Source: Catajapyx aquilonaris
Lineage: Eukaryota
DNA length: 53,803 bases
Direction of reading: 5' to 3'
Assembly (NCBI GenBank): GCA_000934665.2
Contig: JYFJ02002620.1
Location: forward strand, 1-53,803
The notes beneath the pieces are model-generated. The model saw only the letters and a list, made by a program, of their open reading frames with translations, searched no databases and was not told the origin of the DNA. Positions 22,625 through 35,848 of this stretch are shown here, piece after piece (position 1 is the stretch's first letter; the number at the start of each line of letters is the position of its first letter). The position numbers and the translations under genes were made by a program.

Positions 22625-24491
22625 TATACATGGAAACCTGTACCAATCCCCTGTAGTGCAATGGATAAATAATTTACGCATTACAAGTGTAGAGGGACTC
22701 TTTCTTCTGCTACATCTTGTTATAGTTATGCTTAATTCTTAATAAGTTGCATGGTATGTTTAGACATAACATACGAGTATCTCACTTTTGGATGCAGTAC
22801 ATTATTTAAAAGCTATGGAAGATAATATCAACAAAATGATCATCTACTTTGAAAAAGTTTGCACAAACACAGAAATTATTGTTGCATGAGCGTACATTTT
22901 CTCAATTCACCAGTGAAACAGTGAGTAAATGCAAATGTCTTGAATACTACTCATTGGTCGAGAAAAAGATATTTTTCTTCCGAACACCACCGTATCTTGC
23001 CTTACCCTGTGTTTTACGGCTACATTAACTAGTATTCTAGTTCATTTACCTGCTACTCAAATCGCAGACAGGCGTGGTAACGTTTGGAACGATCTTTGGG
23101 AGAAAACGCCTGAAAAACAAAAAGAGCAAAGTCAGGTCTGAGCAAAGACGGTAACCACACTGCGGAAAATGACACGACTTCTTTGGAATCAGCCAGAATA
23201 ACAAACGCTCGTATGATTCACCTAAACATCGTACCTGGTGCCATGGGGCAATTTTTCAGCGCAACCATTCAAAGTTTTAGATGCACTTTTGTCAGTGGTT
23301 CATGGCAAGTATTGTGACATGCTTATATACTGGTACAGTAAATTCAATTGAATAAGACATGGAGTTGCATATTATTATCTTGAGCAGTCCAACTTATAGG
23401 GTGCAACAATAACTGTAATAATAATAATTATTACAGTTATTACAGTTACAGTTATTCTGAAGTTTCCACTCAAAAGTGCCACCTATTGATATTTTCACGC
23501 GTAATGAAAAATTATAATGCGAAATTATCACCAGCAATGACACCTTGAATATCGTTATTTTAGAGGAATATAACATTTATCCACGGTTGGCAGCGATGGT
23601 GCGAATGGGAAGCGAACGTGTTATTTCCTAATAAGGGATGAAAATCTACTTGCACACAATCATGCCATCTATACACCAGAGTTTGAATTTGTTATGCTCG
23701 TCGTAGGTGTTAATAACCCGTGGAATGCAAGCTTACATTACAAAACGCAGAAATAATTACAGACACAAATATTTGTTCCTCCCGAATTGGTCGTGTCCTT
23801 TATAAAATCGGATTGCCTATAATATTCAGTAAGAGGGCACAATATCAACATTATTATTGAGTGGACATGCTGAAGGTATTATTCGCTTTCCATTTGCGTA
23901 TATGATCAGGTAACAGTTTTGGGATACTGTAGTATCGGAAAGCTTTTGTGCCTCGCCTCAAGGTCAAGTGGTCGATAAAATGTGATTTCAATTTGGAAAG
24001 TAGTGTATGTTTGCGTTTGTCTTTCGCTAGATAAAAAAGACACAATATGCTAATCTACTTCGCAAAAATATATCACAGCTTACTAATTTAAAAATGCAGT
24101 TTTCTCTGAAGGACCTAGCTCAATAACACATCACTAATGAATTATTATGTAATATAATTATATATATATAATCATTCTGGTATCTAGGTGAAAAATAACT
24201 CAACGAAAGTGAAAGTCAGTCAAGTCAGTATACTTTTTGACAATGGTACTCGTGTGGCCCTTGGTGTGGCCTATCTACCCACCAAATTGGAAGACGATCG
24301 GTTGGAATCTCACGAGTTGACCTGTGCACACCAAAATAAGGTCACAGGGTCATTGGGGTAGGTCAATCTAGTTGCGTCTTTCATCCCTTGATGAGGCCCT
24401 TGCATTGTGAATTATTTTGCTGCAATCCTAGGCTCCGGTCACTTATGAGCACTCCATTCCCGCGTAGGCTTACATAACAAGATCGACCATG

Positions 24492-24764
24492 ACCGAAGCA
24501 GGTTGGCATAGTGGATAAGGCGTCCGACTGCTAATCGGGAGGTCCTGGGTTCGAATCCCGGGGCCGGCAACTCTGACCGGGGTTTTCTGTGGTTTCCCAC
24601 GGTCCTTCCAGGAAAATTCCGGAGTTGCTTCCGTAATTAATAGGCCACAGCCGCTTCCTTCCGTCCCTATCATATCCCAAAGAGCACAGTAAAATGAAAA
24701 GCAAAGAGTTCCAGGCAAAACAAACTTCCCCCCTAAAGAGCCGATGGCTGATAACGATGTATGA

Positions 24765-24838
<74 letters not shown>
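24492..24838 (+). mobile_element. Full-length tRNA-derived SINE family A
   Basis: A/B boxes, long (ATT)n tail, imperfect TSD CAAGATCGACC / CAAGCTCGACC. Confidence 0.9.
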
Positions 24839-24840
<2 letters not shown>

Positions 24841-25018
24841 CAAGCTCGACCTATATGGAATGAGCATGCACTATTGAAGCGAGTCACCCATCACGTTTTA
24901 TTCCATTCACATTGTTGGACATGTCAACTTTAGACTTTTCAGGAAACGTAGGCACTAGGCAGTCCACCATCCTAGTTTCCAACAGTCTGAGGATTTTTCC
25001 ACTGAATATACTGTCTTA

Positions 25019-25145
25019 TGGCTGGTTTCACCAAGCCCGGTTTTCATAAAAAACCGGGTTCTTTGGGAAAATCCCTATTCTATATGCAGAGATTTTCCGA
25101 AAGAACCGGGGTTTTTATGAAAATCGGGCTTGCTGAAACCGGCCA
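25019..25145. mobile_element. PIF/Harbinger-like palindromic MITE
   Basis: TGGCTGGTTTCA...TGAAACCGGCCA hairpin with TTA on both sides. Confidence 0.75.
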
Positions 25146-25753
25146 TTAGTAAAATATCGCGCCTGTAAAAGAGATGGCTGAATATAATCCGTTCGTAAGC
25201 CCAATTGAATTACATACGCATTCATTGTAAGAGTAATACACTATTATGCACCTTGCTAGCCCGTCAAATCCCTCAGGACTAAATAGCCTACTATTATATG
25301 AACCAGATCAATTATCAAGATGCTTAATCGCTAGTGTATAAATGCGATAGAACACTTGTGGATAATATTATTGATCAATTTACAGAAGTAAAATAATGTT
25401 TTACCATCAGATGGCACTGAAATGTGGATGCGCTGGAAGTGGCATCGAAATGGTATCAGCTTCAGTATGTAGATGGCAGAAGCAGTATGCAATGGTGCAG
25501 AGTATTCCGAGATTTTATGTCACACTGTTCTAACACACTTTGTAAACATCGTTATAATTTATTTGCAGTCTGTTTAGGGTATAACATACTAAAAGATCAA
25601 CGCGTTGACAAATAATTGATTCCAAATAAGTAAAATTAAGCGGCTACTAAATAGAGATGTAGCCGAAATAATAATACCGTATATTGCTCATGTAGACTAC
25701 GTTTTTATAATTATTATTACATGTGTTTGCGGGTTCGTCGGCAGGTGAACACC

Positions 25754-25988
25754 ACCGAAGCAGGTTGGCTTGGTGGATAAGGCGTCCGACTGCTAATCGG
25801 GAGGTCCTGGGTTCGAATCCCGGGGCCGACAACCCTGACCGTCGTTTTCTGTGGTTTTCCACGGCCTTTCTAGGATAATTCCGGGGTCGCTTCCGTATAA
25901 TAGGCCACATCCGCTTCCTTCCTTCCTTCCCTATCCTTGGAGGTTGAAAGGAAATGCTGGGCCAACCTCCTTAATATCAATTATAAAG
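25754..25988 (+). mobile_element. SINE family A with a different 3' end
   Basis: Head and body match 24492-24675. TSD GGTGAACACC at 25744-25753 and 25990-25999. Confidence 0.85.
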
Positions 25989-25989
25989 T

Positions 25990-26505
25990 GGTGAACACCA
26001 CAGCCTTTCACTTCTAAGGTCCCGAGTTCGATCCCCGTGTCGGACGGAGGATACTCGCTTGATTATTTCATTTGATTATTTTATTTATTTTGCCCCATTA
26101 GAGAGAACGGAGGCCTTTTTGGGGGTGGAATACCATCATTTTAGTCAATTTTTCTAGTTTTTCGTCGATCACCGGGCAAGGACTAGAGGACGCGGAAGTA
26201 GGGTAAGGATTTTTGGGCAGGAGACACAGGTACAAGTGCATTGTCAGAATATTGGGTCATCTGCCGTCTCCTTGGAGGTAAGTTGCCAGATGCCTCCAAG
26301 GCGCGAGTCAGAGACCCTCCTGACTCAGTCGAAAGGGAACTCCCGGGTTAGGATCGAACCCGGGACCTTTCGTACCGGACCCGGCCACCACGCTTCCCCG
26401 TTAGGGGACACTTATGTGGAAGAGTTTCGATGGGTTTTCGCCGTGTCTGCGTGGGTTTTCTCGGGGTTCTCCGGTTACTCTCACTATACCAAAAACCCAT
26501 CACAT
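25990..26505 (+). mobile_element. V-domain-like SINE interrupted by a family C SINE
   Basis: Head 25990-26057 and body 26409-26505 are collinear with the minus-strand copy at 35569-35835. Confidence 0.7.
26060..26405 (-). mobile_element. tRNA-derived SINE family C
   Basis: Homologous to 32956-33322 (-) and 51154 (+); AT-rich tail near 26060-26090. Confidence 0.75.
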
Positions 26506-26605
26506 GAATGCCAGAGAGCATTAGTTGCTTTGGCACAACCAACAAACCAAATCTCTATCGATACTAGTAAGAGGAGTACTACGTCCACATCTTTATGCTT
26601 GCGAC

Positions 26606-26753
26606 CAAAGGGTTAACCACTGGACTGTAAAGTGTACACTGGAGTACCAAAATTCAAGGAGTACCCAGGAGTACCAAAGAGTAAGGTACATAAGGAGTAC
26701 CTGGGAGAACCACTGCAGGTGTACACAGCGGTGCCGAAGTGGTTAACCCCTTG
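26606..26753 (+). mobile_element. 148-bp MITE with 8-bp TSD (P- or hAT-like)
   Basis: CAAAGGGTTAACCACT...AGTGGTTAACCCCTTG; TSD CTTGCGAC / CTCGCGAC. Confidence 0.85.
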
Positions 26754-26987
26754 CTCGCGACTGTACCTTATATATAATTATGTAGGCCATGGGTGGGGGA
26801 TTTACCCTTGCTTTTGTTTTTTGGTCAATAGTAGCCTATACCATCAGTGAATCTAGCAGACCAAAAATAATTTGTTAAAATAAAAAGGGTATGACGTTTT
26901 TTAAATATACCTTTGGGTCTCATTTAACTCGAAAAAATCAATTTGTGATTCGTGTGAGATTTAGCAGTGGAGCTAGTATGTAGCTAC

Positions 26988-27110
26988 CAAGGGGGTAACA
27001 ACTCCCCAAAAAAGTGAACACCAGATCCTGGAATCAGGTGGTTCCACCCGGTTCCAAGCCGGTTCCAGCGGGACCCTGTACACCGGTTCCACGAAGTTGT
27101 TACCCCCTTG
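26988..27110. mobile_element. 123-bp MITE with 8-bp TSD (P- or hAT-like)
   Basis: TIR CAAGGGGGTAACAACT; perfect TSD GTAGCTAC. Confidence 0.9.
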
Positions 27111-27755
27111 GTAGCTACTTTTAAAATTGCTTTAATATCTAGGAATTTATTATCAATCACGCGACATTTTCACGATCACTAATACACACCTAAAGTGCAT
27201 TGATGTCATCATTCACTAGTCAATTAATTTTACTCCAAGCATGAACATTACGAGAGAAGGACATTCATTGTCTTAATGAGAGGTCTTGACAAAATCGCAC
27301 AATATAATTATACTAATCTAATTGAAGAGAAAAAATTTGCTGACTTTTCAGCTTCACCTTCCTATACATTACAGTACTGTAATTGCTCATTCGCATAGCC
27401 ACATACATGATCTCTTATTTTGCTGTATATATGTTTAATTTTGTTTAACTGTGAGTTGAAAATTAGCAAAATAATATTTTTGAGGTCATACTCGTAACTA
27501 CAATGCTATCAGCAATTTGTTTACAATTGCGATTTGGCACTTATAGATGGACAGAAATTATACATCACAATGGAAGTCAGTTACATGAGGTAACACTATC
27601 CTCGTATGTTGCAAGAAGTCGAAAGGTGAACCCTTGCTTTATTTGGGCTCTGTACCTAAGTCAAACAGCCACTAGGAAATAGTAGCCTTACGTTTACCAT
27701 ATACTCGTACGCACCGGAACTGTATATTTTTGGGAGTTAATAGAAATATTCTTAA

Positions 27756-28514
27756 AGGAAGGGTTCAGAGATTTTGCATGTTGGGCTTCAAAGATCAAGG
27801 TAGACTTCCTGATTCCAAAAATGTGGTCAGTTTTTAAATATGACGCCGCATAAGCAAATGCTGTTAGGTGAAAGTCAATCTCCGCTACTGTATTCGATAC
27901 GGTAAGCGTACAGCTAGCGCCACCCGCGGAGATCCCAGTAACATGCCAGGGCTGGCGTTGGCTTACCCGCGAAGTCAATTTTTGAACTAGGAATAAGTGG
28001 TTGAATCACTTGGCCCTTCCTTCGACGCCGTCACATGCAGCCAAGATGTGGGCAATGTATTCCTCCTCTCTCTCTCCGGATTATACCTCGCGACACTACC
28101 CGCCTTGGTAAGTCTCGAGCTGATACGGAAGTATCCCGTCGCGTCGTGGCCATCACTCTGTGACATGGTCCGACCACTGGCACCTCTCTCTCCCACTCTG
28201 CCTCCCCTTCTCATCCTCCCCTGCATTCCCATGGCCCTTGGCACCCGGGGCGGGTTCCGCTCGGGTCGAAAACACAAAAACCTGGCTTGCACATGGTTTG
28301 TCGCTATGGGGGCGGACATCTTGGTTGTATGTGGGATCTTCCATCGCTGCCGCTAGAGGGAACCCGTGTTCGGCGCTGATTTTCAAAAAAATTAACTTTG
28401 ACTTGACATTTTACGCTTGTGGTGCATTTGCTACCAAAACGGACCGGATATTCAGAATCAGAGAGTCCTGCTCGATTTTTGAAGCTCAACATGCAAAATC
28501 ACTGACCCCTTCCT
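27756..28514. mobile_element. Kolobok-like non-autonomous element
   Basis: TTAA-AGGAAGGG...CCCTTCCT-TTAA with about 120-bp imperfect TIRs. AGG termini plus TTAA TSD fit Kolobok. Confidence 0.8.
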
Positions 28515-28717
28515 TTAAAGTGCATCTCCAATAAGCATCAATCCAGTGAAATTGGGAGTTACGACGTTTTTACAGCACGTCGACTATGTGGTGGGCAGGG
28601 GTGGGGGGCGGGTCAGGTTGTTTTTAGGTTTATTCTCATGAGTTTTATTAGTTAATATGTTGGGTTAGCTTGCGTCTCCCTTCATCGCTGACTACCCCTC
28701 ATAGGGAAATGTCGTGA

Positions 28718-28762
<45 letters not shown>
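28718..28762. repeat. (GTT)n microsatellite
   Basis: Seen directly. Confidence 0.95.
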
Positions 28763-30192
28763 CGACTATAATTATTTTCTTTATTGTCTCTGTTTTGGGA
28801 ATCCATTTCTCGAATAGTGATGATGCAAGAAGGGGTCCGCTTCATACTGCTCAATAGGACCACAGCCTTGACGTCTGGATCCAGATTGTTTGCACGACCG
28901 AGGGGGAGTTGGCAAGGGAAGCACCGAGAGAAGAGCGGGGGAACTAGCGAAAGGAGATACTTTGGAGAAGGTTGTGTGTGAGAGACCTCCCGGACAATAA
29001 TTGATGTGTTACGAGTTGCAAGAAGAGAAGAGGTGTGGGTGCCAGAAGAGGTGTGGGTGCCGGAAGCCGTGGAAGCAAGACCGGGAAGGGGAGTGGAAGT
29101 CCGACCCCTTCGTCTGCTGTCCTGTTAGGATTGTTCCGGACCACCGTGAGGAAGAAGTACGGACGTACATTTGGGCAAGTACAGCTGCTTTGGGAGAGCG
29201 TCCCGTTCCTGTCTGGAGAAGCAGCCACGTACAGCGGAAGAAACCTTCTTACCCACCTTGTCCTTCCGCCTACTCCATTTGACAGTATACTCCCAAGAGT
29301 ACCACCCCTGTCCTGGTGAGTATTCAACGCGTCAGTGAAACTGTTTATGCCCCGTGTACTTGTACCTGCACAGAGAAGTGAACCTGTTGCACAAGGATAC
29401 CTGGTGGAACCCCCCTTGTGTACTCACAGTCAACTTCCGTGGTGTGCAGAGGAGAAGCAACTCAGGTGACAGTGCCGTAGTAGCATCTGTTCGACGCAGT
29501 AGCCGCTGGTCATCACGTACACGACAGAGCAACTGGTCAGCATTCATCTGTTCGACGCAGTAGTAGCTGGTCATCATGGGTACGACATAGCAACTGACCT
29601 GCCCCGAAGCACCGTAGCAATCATCGTGCGGAAGCTGACCAGAAGAGAGAGAGACGAGACCATCCGACCATACAGTATTGTCCGACCGTCCTCTTTCAAC
29701 CCTGTACTCCTAACTAGTCCTCATACCCACGTGCAAGCATGCAATATGGAGCAGATTGCTCAATAAATCTGGGGAAGAGTAGCAGGTGTACCATCATTCA
29801 AATAACCCTCCCTCTCGTAAGCAGAACATCCTTACAGATAACATGAGAGCAATATGAAGGGGAAACTCACAACTCACGACTCTTCCTTTCAAATGACAGT
29901 AAAATAAAGGCGTAACCCTCTATACTATAGCAAATAAAGAAGGTCTATATCTATACAGTTAGTAAAAGTTATAAAGCAAAGGAAGTGGCAGTCTGTAAAT
30001 AATTCACGCAACCTTTACGTAGAATATGCATTGCTCTAAACACTGTATATTTGAATAATTCGTTTTAGTACTGCACCGACACAACATACACCTGGTGGTC
30101 CAATAAGAAGGATGCAGGGCTCACATGTAAACTGTTTACTAGAAAAAACCTCGCTACGCTCGCATTTTTATATGGCGCAGGCGTAGAAAACC

Positions 30193-30340
30193 CAAGGGGG
30201 TAATCACTCGACTGAAAAGTGTACACTGGTGTACCAAATTCAAGGAGTACCACGGAGTAATAAAGAGTGAGGTGCCTGAGGAGTACCAGGGAGTACCACT
30301 CCCAGGTGTACACCGGAGTAGCGAAGTGATTACCCCCTTG
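30193..30340 (+). mobile_element. 148-bp MITE with 8-bp TSD (P- or hAT-like)
   Basis: TIR CAAGGGGGTAATCACT; perfect TSD AGAAAACC. Confidence 0.92.
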
Positions 30341-31494
30341 AGAAAACCACTCTCTTCGCTCGCTTTTTTCTAGGCTTACGGCTTGCAGTGCCTACCATTA
30401 ATCGCTTCAGATTTATAGCCAATGGGATGATGCTCATCCCCCAATCATATACATACACCCCGACCCTTTCCTCCCTTTTCATTCACATATCCGTGATTCC
30501 GTACCCTGCGACCCATCTGCAATCCCACCTTTGCTTTGCATTAGCTGGGAAATATGCATTTTCCCACCTCAACATACGAATACGAAATACCTTTTGAATT
30601 TTTAAAACTCCCAATATATTATTGTATGAACAGAAATTCGCCACCTCTACCGCTTCTACTCGCATGCACTCGCACACATGTTTCTAAATCTTGGTCTAAA
30701 TTATATGCACACTTTCCGACCGCGTTTTTCTAACTGCTCATAACTCCCCCCTATTATAAACGTCCATGGAACTCTGCAGTGTTTGTATTAGATAACACTG
30801 TTCTGCAAAAAAAAAAAAAAAAACTTTCTTTCGCTCTTTTGAAAACCTTTATGTGCTTTTTATGGATTTCGGGGTGCTGAATCCGGATCCGGCAACAGAT
30901 TTGCTCTCTCACGTACAGTTTTTGAGATATATCGTTTTAAAACTTCGTACGGTTTACTAGGGGTCTTTCAGAATCAAGTGGGCCTAAATGTTGCTACACC
31001 GACTCGGATCTTGGTCAAATTAATCCCAGATGTACTCATCTATTCCTTAATGCTGCCTATAAAACTTCAGCCATATTTCTCAATACTATGATGAGGGGAA
31101 AAATCGCAAACATCTGGAAATGGCTGAGAATGAGGCCTTTTTTGGAGAATTTTTTCGGTTAGTGGAAGTGGTCAAAACCCAATGAACATATATATCAAAA
31201 GAAAGGGAAACAGCAGGACAAGGCGCCTATGGAATTAGTGTTCCTGTAGAATGTAAAATTAATTTTTATAGCGTTTCATTGGTCACTTGCTCAGTCACAT
31301 GCCCAAGAATATATTGTGACCTCAACAGCATGTTCTGCAGCAAAATTCTCTTTTGGATAAAATCAGGTGTACTATATAGATTAAGGTGTGCTGAATCCAG
31401 ATCTGAAGTCGGAATGGCTCTATCACGTACAGCTTTTGGGAAAAGTCAAATTTTGGGAGATACGACACTTATCAAGTGTCGTATCTCCCAAAAT

Positions 31495-32815
31495 TTGAGT
31501 CTCGCGGGGTAGCCATATCTAACAGAATGTGCAACATGTGTTTATATTTGAACAGGGAGCTTGGATTCGGTGATAAAGACGTGAAACTCGGTACAATAAT
31601 TGTTCTTTGAACACTTACGAACATATCTGGACGTGGGGCCACAATGACCCACCTCGATGGAGGGCACTCTCGAGGGGTTGCCATTTCTAACAGAATGTGC
31701 AACATAGTGCAACATAGCGATAGTGTCATCCAGCGGGGTCGGTTATCGTGGCCCCACGTCCAAATATGTTCGGAAGTGTCCAAAGAACTAACGTACCAAG
31801 TTTCACGTCTTTATCACCGAATCCAAGCTCCCTGTTCAAATATAAACACATGTTGCACATTCTGTTAGATATGGCAACCCCGCGAGAGTGCCCTCCATCG
31901 GGATGGGTTATCGTGGCTCCACCTCTATAGATATGTTCGGAAGTGTGCAAAGAGTATTGTCCCGAGTTTCACGTCTTCGTCACCAAATGCAAGTCCCCTA
32001 TTCAAACATAAACGCATCATGTTGTACAGTATGTTAGATATGGTATCCCCGAAATAGTGACCTCCACCGGGGCCCCACGTCCAGATAATATGTTCGAAAG
32101 TGTGCAAAGAACTAATACTGTGCCGAGTTTCACGTCTTTATCACCGAATTCAAGCTCCCTATTCACATAGTTTACTTAGAGAGCCCATTAGATCTGGCAA
32201 CCCTGCGAGTGACCCCCAGCGGGGTCATCCATAGTGGCCTCACTTTCAGACATGTTAAGTAGTGTCTAATGACCAATTGGGGCTGGTTTCATGTTTTATG
32301 AGTGTTTTATCACCGAATGCAAGGCCCTTATTCATGTAAATGCATGCAGCACATGTTCGATTTGGCAACTCCGCGATAGTGACCCCTGGCGGGGCCACCC
32401 ACAGTGGCACCACGTACATATATGTTGAGATGTGTTCAAAGAAGTACCGCACCGAGTTTCACATTTTTTATCACCGAATGCAAGCTCCCAATTCACATGA
32501 TCTTCGCAGAGAGGTATGTTGGGTCCGTTAGATCTAGCAACCCTGCGAGTGACCCACAGCTGGGTCAGTCATCATGGCCCCACGTCCAGACATGTTCAGA
32601 AGTGTTCAAAGACCAATAATAATTTTGGAGAGTTTCATGTTTTTGTCACCGAATACAAGGTCCTAAAGGATGCTGCATCTGGTAGTTATGGCAACGCTGC
32701 GAAATGGACCTCCACCGGGGTGGGTCATCGTGGCCCCACGTCCAGATATGACCAAAAGTGTCCAAAGAACAAGTGTACCGAGTGTCATACTTTTGTCACA
32801 AAATGCCAAGTTTGG
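31495..32815. repeat. ~164-bp tandem array with an inverted block at its left
   Basis: GGCCCCACGTCCAGA-like anchors near 31750, 31915, 32071, 32236, 32406, 32576 and 32732. 31500-31705 is in the opposite orientation. Confidence 0.85.
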
Positions 32816-32955
32816 GCCTCAGCTGAGCATCCAAGTGCCCCCTCGTAACCACATCTTTTTCCCTGGTTGGCTGACCAACATTTTGTCAGCTTCTTTCCAC
32901 CAAGTCCCTTAGCACCTGGACTATTATTGGAAGTCCCTGCTGAGAAGGCCTTAGT

Positions 32956-33322
32956 TTTTATATTTATTTTTTTAAATATTTCACTACCCCTTGCTCAGTA
33001 CATTACGTCCTGCTTCGGGGGGTGGCATACCACCATCAGTTTTTCTATATATATTTTCCACTTCATTCACCGGTGCAAGGAAACAAGGACAATGGGAAAG
33101 GATAGGGATTTTTGGGGAGGGAACATGGGTGCAAGGTGCAATGTCGTAGCTAATGGGTCATGTGCTGTTCCCCAGGAGGTTAGGTTGCCAGACACCTCCT
33201 TGGTGCAGGTCAGAGACCCTCCTGACGCAGGTGAAAGGAAAGTTCCCCAGGCGGGGATCGAACCTGGGGCCTTTCACTCAGCAAGCCGAGACGTTACCAT
33301 CACGGCCACCACACCTCCCCTT
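32956..33322 (-). mobile_element. Full-length SINE family C
   Basis: A/B boxes on minus strand, A-rich tail, TSD GAAGGCCTTAGT at 32944-32955 and 33323-33334. Confidence 0.9.
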
Positions 33323-34029
33323 GAAGGCCTTAGTATATAATATACACGTCATCTTGCTATACTTCCACACCTGCGTCACCTGACACATTTTGGCATGTCT
33401 TTGGACAAAGCAGAATTAGGATGTGAATTGTGTCACATCACATATATATGGTACACAATTCAGTGTCATTTTCTACTAAACGCTTTGACGAGATTTCCTG
33501 AGGCGTTCTTGTGAGTCATGTGACATCTAATTTATCTGTCGAAAGTGTCCCCGTTTTGTTTGTAATATTCACTTCCGGTAGAGCACATCGATTAAATGAT
33601 TTTTTTAAAAGAATTTTTGGATACAAGTCGGTAATACTGTATAAATGTGTTTGCCAACATCTAAGATTATACTTAGTACGTGTAAACATAATGAAGGCCG
33701 GAAAATTTCATGTGTACAGGGTAGTGGACTGCTCAAATCTCCAGTTCATGGAGGTTGGAGAAACACGTTATGAATTCTTTACTATAGCTGTCTACAAGTG
33801 AATGTGCCCCTGATTGTTGCATCCATCGGGTTTTTCTTCTTAAATTGGATTCAGTGGTAAATAATTCATAACTTCTCCCCCCTGAACTGGAAACTTGGGC
33901 AATCCACAAATATGTATACAGGATGTACCGCTACCCAAGTTGACCTTGTTCGAGAGCGTTGATAGATCAATCAGCGCTGTGTGCTGTAAAGGTAAAGCAC
34001 AGCTTAAATAAGCTGATTCTGGATTGGAG

Positions 34030-34396
34030 CAGGGATCATATACTACCGTACATAAGAGGCGCAAACTTATGACGGCGCCTTTGATGTTCGCGTCTCTCTG
34101 TTTGGGGCCGTTGCCAAGGCTGGCGGCCATTTTGAAGTGTGGGGAACGCCAACGAGGTATAAATAGGGTACAGGAAAAAATAGCGTCCGCCATCTTTGAT
34201 GGTTTTGGCGGCCATGGCAACTACATGGCAAGAACTCGCGCGAATCAAAGATGGCTGACCCTATTTTTGCCTGTACCCTATTTATACCTCGTTGGCGTTC
34301 CCCACAATTCAAAATGGCTGCCAGCCTTGGCAACGCCCCAAACAGAGAGACGCGGAAATCGAATGTTTGCGCCTCTTATGTAGTATATGCTCCCTG
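34030..34396. mobile_element. Palindromic MITE with 7-bp TSD (P-like)
   Basis: CAGGGA.CATATACTAC...GTAGTATATGCTCCCTG; TSD ATTGGAG. Confidence 0.88.
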
Positions 34397-34560
34397 ATTG
34401 GAGTTTGAATGGTACCAATTCGTCGGACTCTGGTCATTTCCGGGTCTGGCCGTTTTGAAAACGACCACTCCGCGGAATTGATGGGTTGACATGGAGCATT
34501 CCGCAGTCTGGACGGTTTTTTTTACCCCAATGGCAGTCTTCGGGGTTTGAGCCTAACATA

Positions 34561-35146
34561 CAGGGTGTATCAGAATTCGGTGACTATTTTTGTTTCCGAA
34601 TAACTTTACAACGAGTACACCTACGGAAGTGAAACATGATTCAAAATGTGCGGGAATTCATGAGAATTTATCTGGGTGCCACGTTGCTACTGTGGCACTG
34701 CTAGCGAGCGTAGCTTTACACTTCTTCCGCCGTGGCCCCGTTAGCGGGCGCAGGTTGACACTTCTTGCCGTGGTGGCGCTGATAACGGGGCAGCTGTGAA
34801 CAAAATGTTGGACCACCTCTCTCGCTCTCTGTGATATCACAGGCCAGCCCCCGAACACTCCGACCCCATTCGCATGTCACAGACAGGAGGTCCGACATTT
34901 CGTTCACAGCTGCCCCCGTTATCAGCGCCACCACGGCAAGAAGTGTCAACCTGCGCCCGCTAACAGCGCCACCGCGGAAGAAGGGTAAAGCTGAGCTCGC
35001 TAGCAGTGTCACAGTAGCAATAACGTGGCACCCAGATAAATTCTCATTCATTCCCGCACATTTTGAATCATGTTTCACTTCCGTATGTGTACTCGTTGTA
35101 AAGTTATTCGGAAATAAAAATATGCACCGACTTCTGATACACCCTG
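34561..35146. mobile_element. Palindromic mariner-type MITE
   Basis: TA-CAGGGTGTATCAGAA...TTCTGATACACCCTG with about 240-bp arms. Confidence 0.9.
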
Positions 35147-35249
35147 AATAATATTATGTACAGTACATAAAGAATACTCATGTATGGCAACTCCCCCATT
35201 TACAGTATCGGAATGGGCCGCCGCATGACCGAGATAATTGACCTCAACC

Positions 35250-35563
35250 AATAGGTATAAAATATCCTGGCAGGTATGCAAACCTTCAGCCGCAATCGCG
35301 TCACAGGTGAAGGTCGCAGCTATTTTCTGGGGGGCTACTGCCACACTGCTATTGGGGTAGTCACTGAGGGCTCTTAGAATGCAGTTCCCCCCAGATGCAC
35401 TGCTATTCTACAATCACGCTTAAGCGCAATCGCTACTTCGCAAATGATCAATTATCTACGTGATGTGGCTGCCTAGACATGATGACCCTTCTACATATAA
35501 TGATGCTCTGGTGCCCCTTATGCCATTGGTACATGGCTTATGGTAGAGTTTTGATACACCCTG
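35250..35563. mobile_element. Right part of a MITE related to 2280-3425
   Basis: Shares TATCCTGG.AGGTATG.AAACCTTCAGCC and CGCAAATGATCAATTATCT; ends ACACCCTG-TA. Confidence 0.65.
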
Positions 35564-35568
35564 TATAT

Positions 35569-35835
35569 AATAATGGATACCCAGTGATAAGCCTCCTTGG
35601 GCATTTTAGGGGATCATCTTTTTAATTAGCCGTCTTTAATCATTGCCTTTGCTGTGATGGATTTTGATAGTGGGAGGAAACGGGAGAACCCCGAGGAAAC
35701 CCATGCGAACACGGAGAGAACCCATCGAAACTCTAACCACATAAGTATACTCTCTGTACGATCCGGGGATCGAACTCGGGACCTTAGAGGTGGAAGGCTA
35801 CGGCGCTAACCACTCCGCTACCGTGTCGGCCCTAA
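35569..35835 (-). mobile_element. tRNA-derived SINE with V-domain-like core
   Basis: Minus strand has A/B boxes and GTTCTCTCCGTGTTCGCATGGGTTTCCTCGGGGTTCTCCCGTTTCCTCCCAC; TSD ACACCCTGTATAT / ACATCCTGTATAT. Confidence 0.85.
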
Positions 35836-35848
35836 ACATCCTGTATAT

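Noticed and set aside
23060..23320. Possible host exon (also 33720-33800, 39440-39570, 44790-44960)
   Set aside because: Splice-like signals but no recognisable protein or consistent frame.
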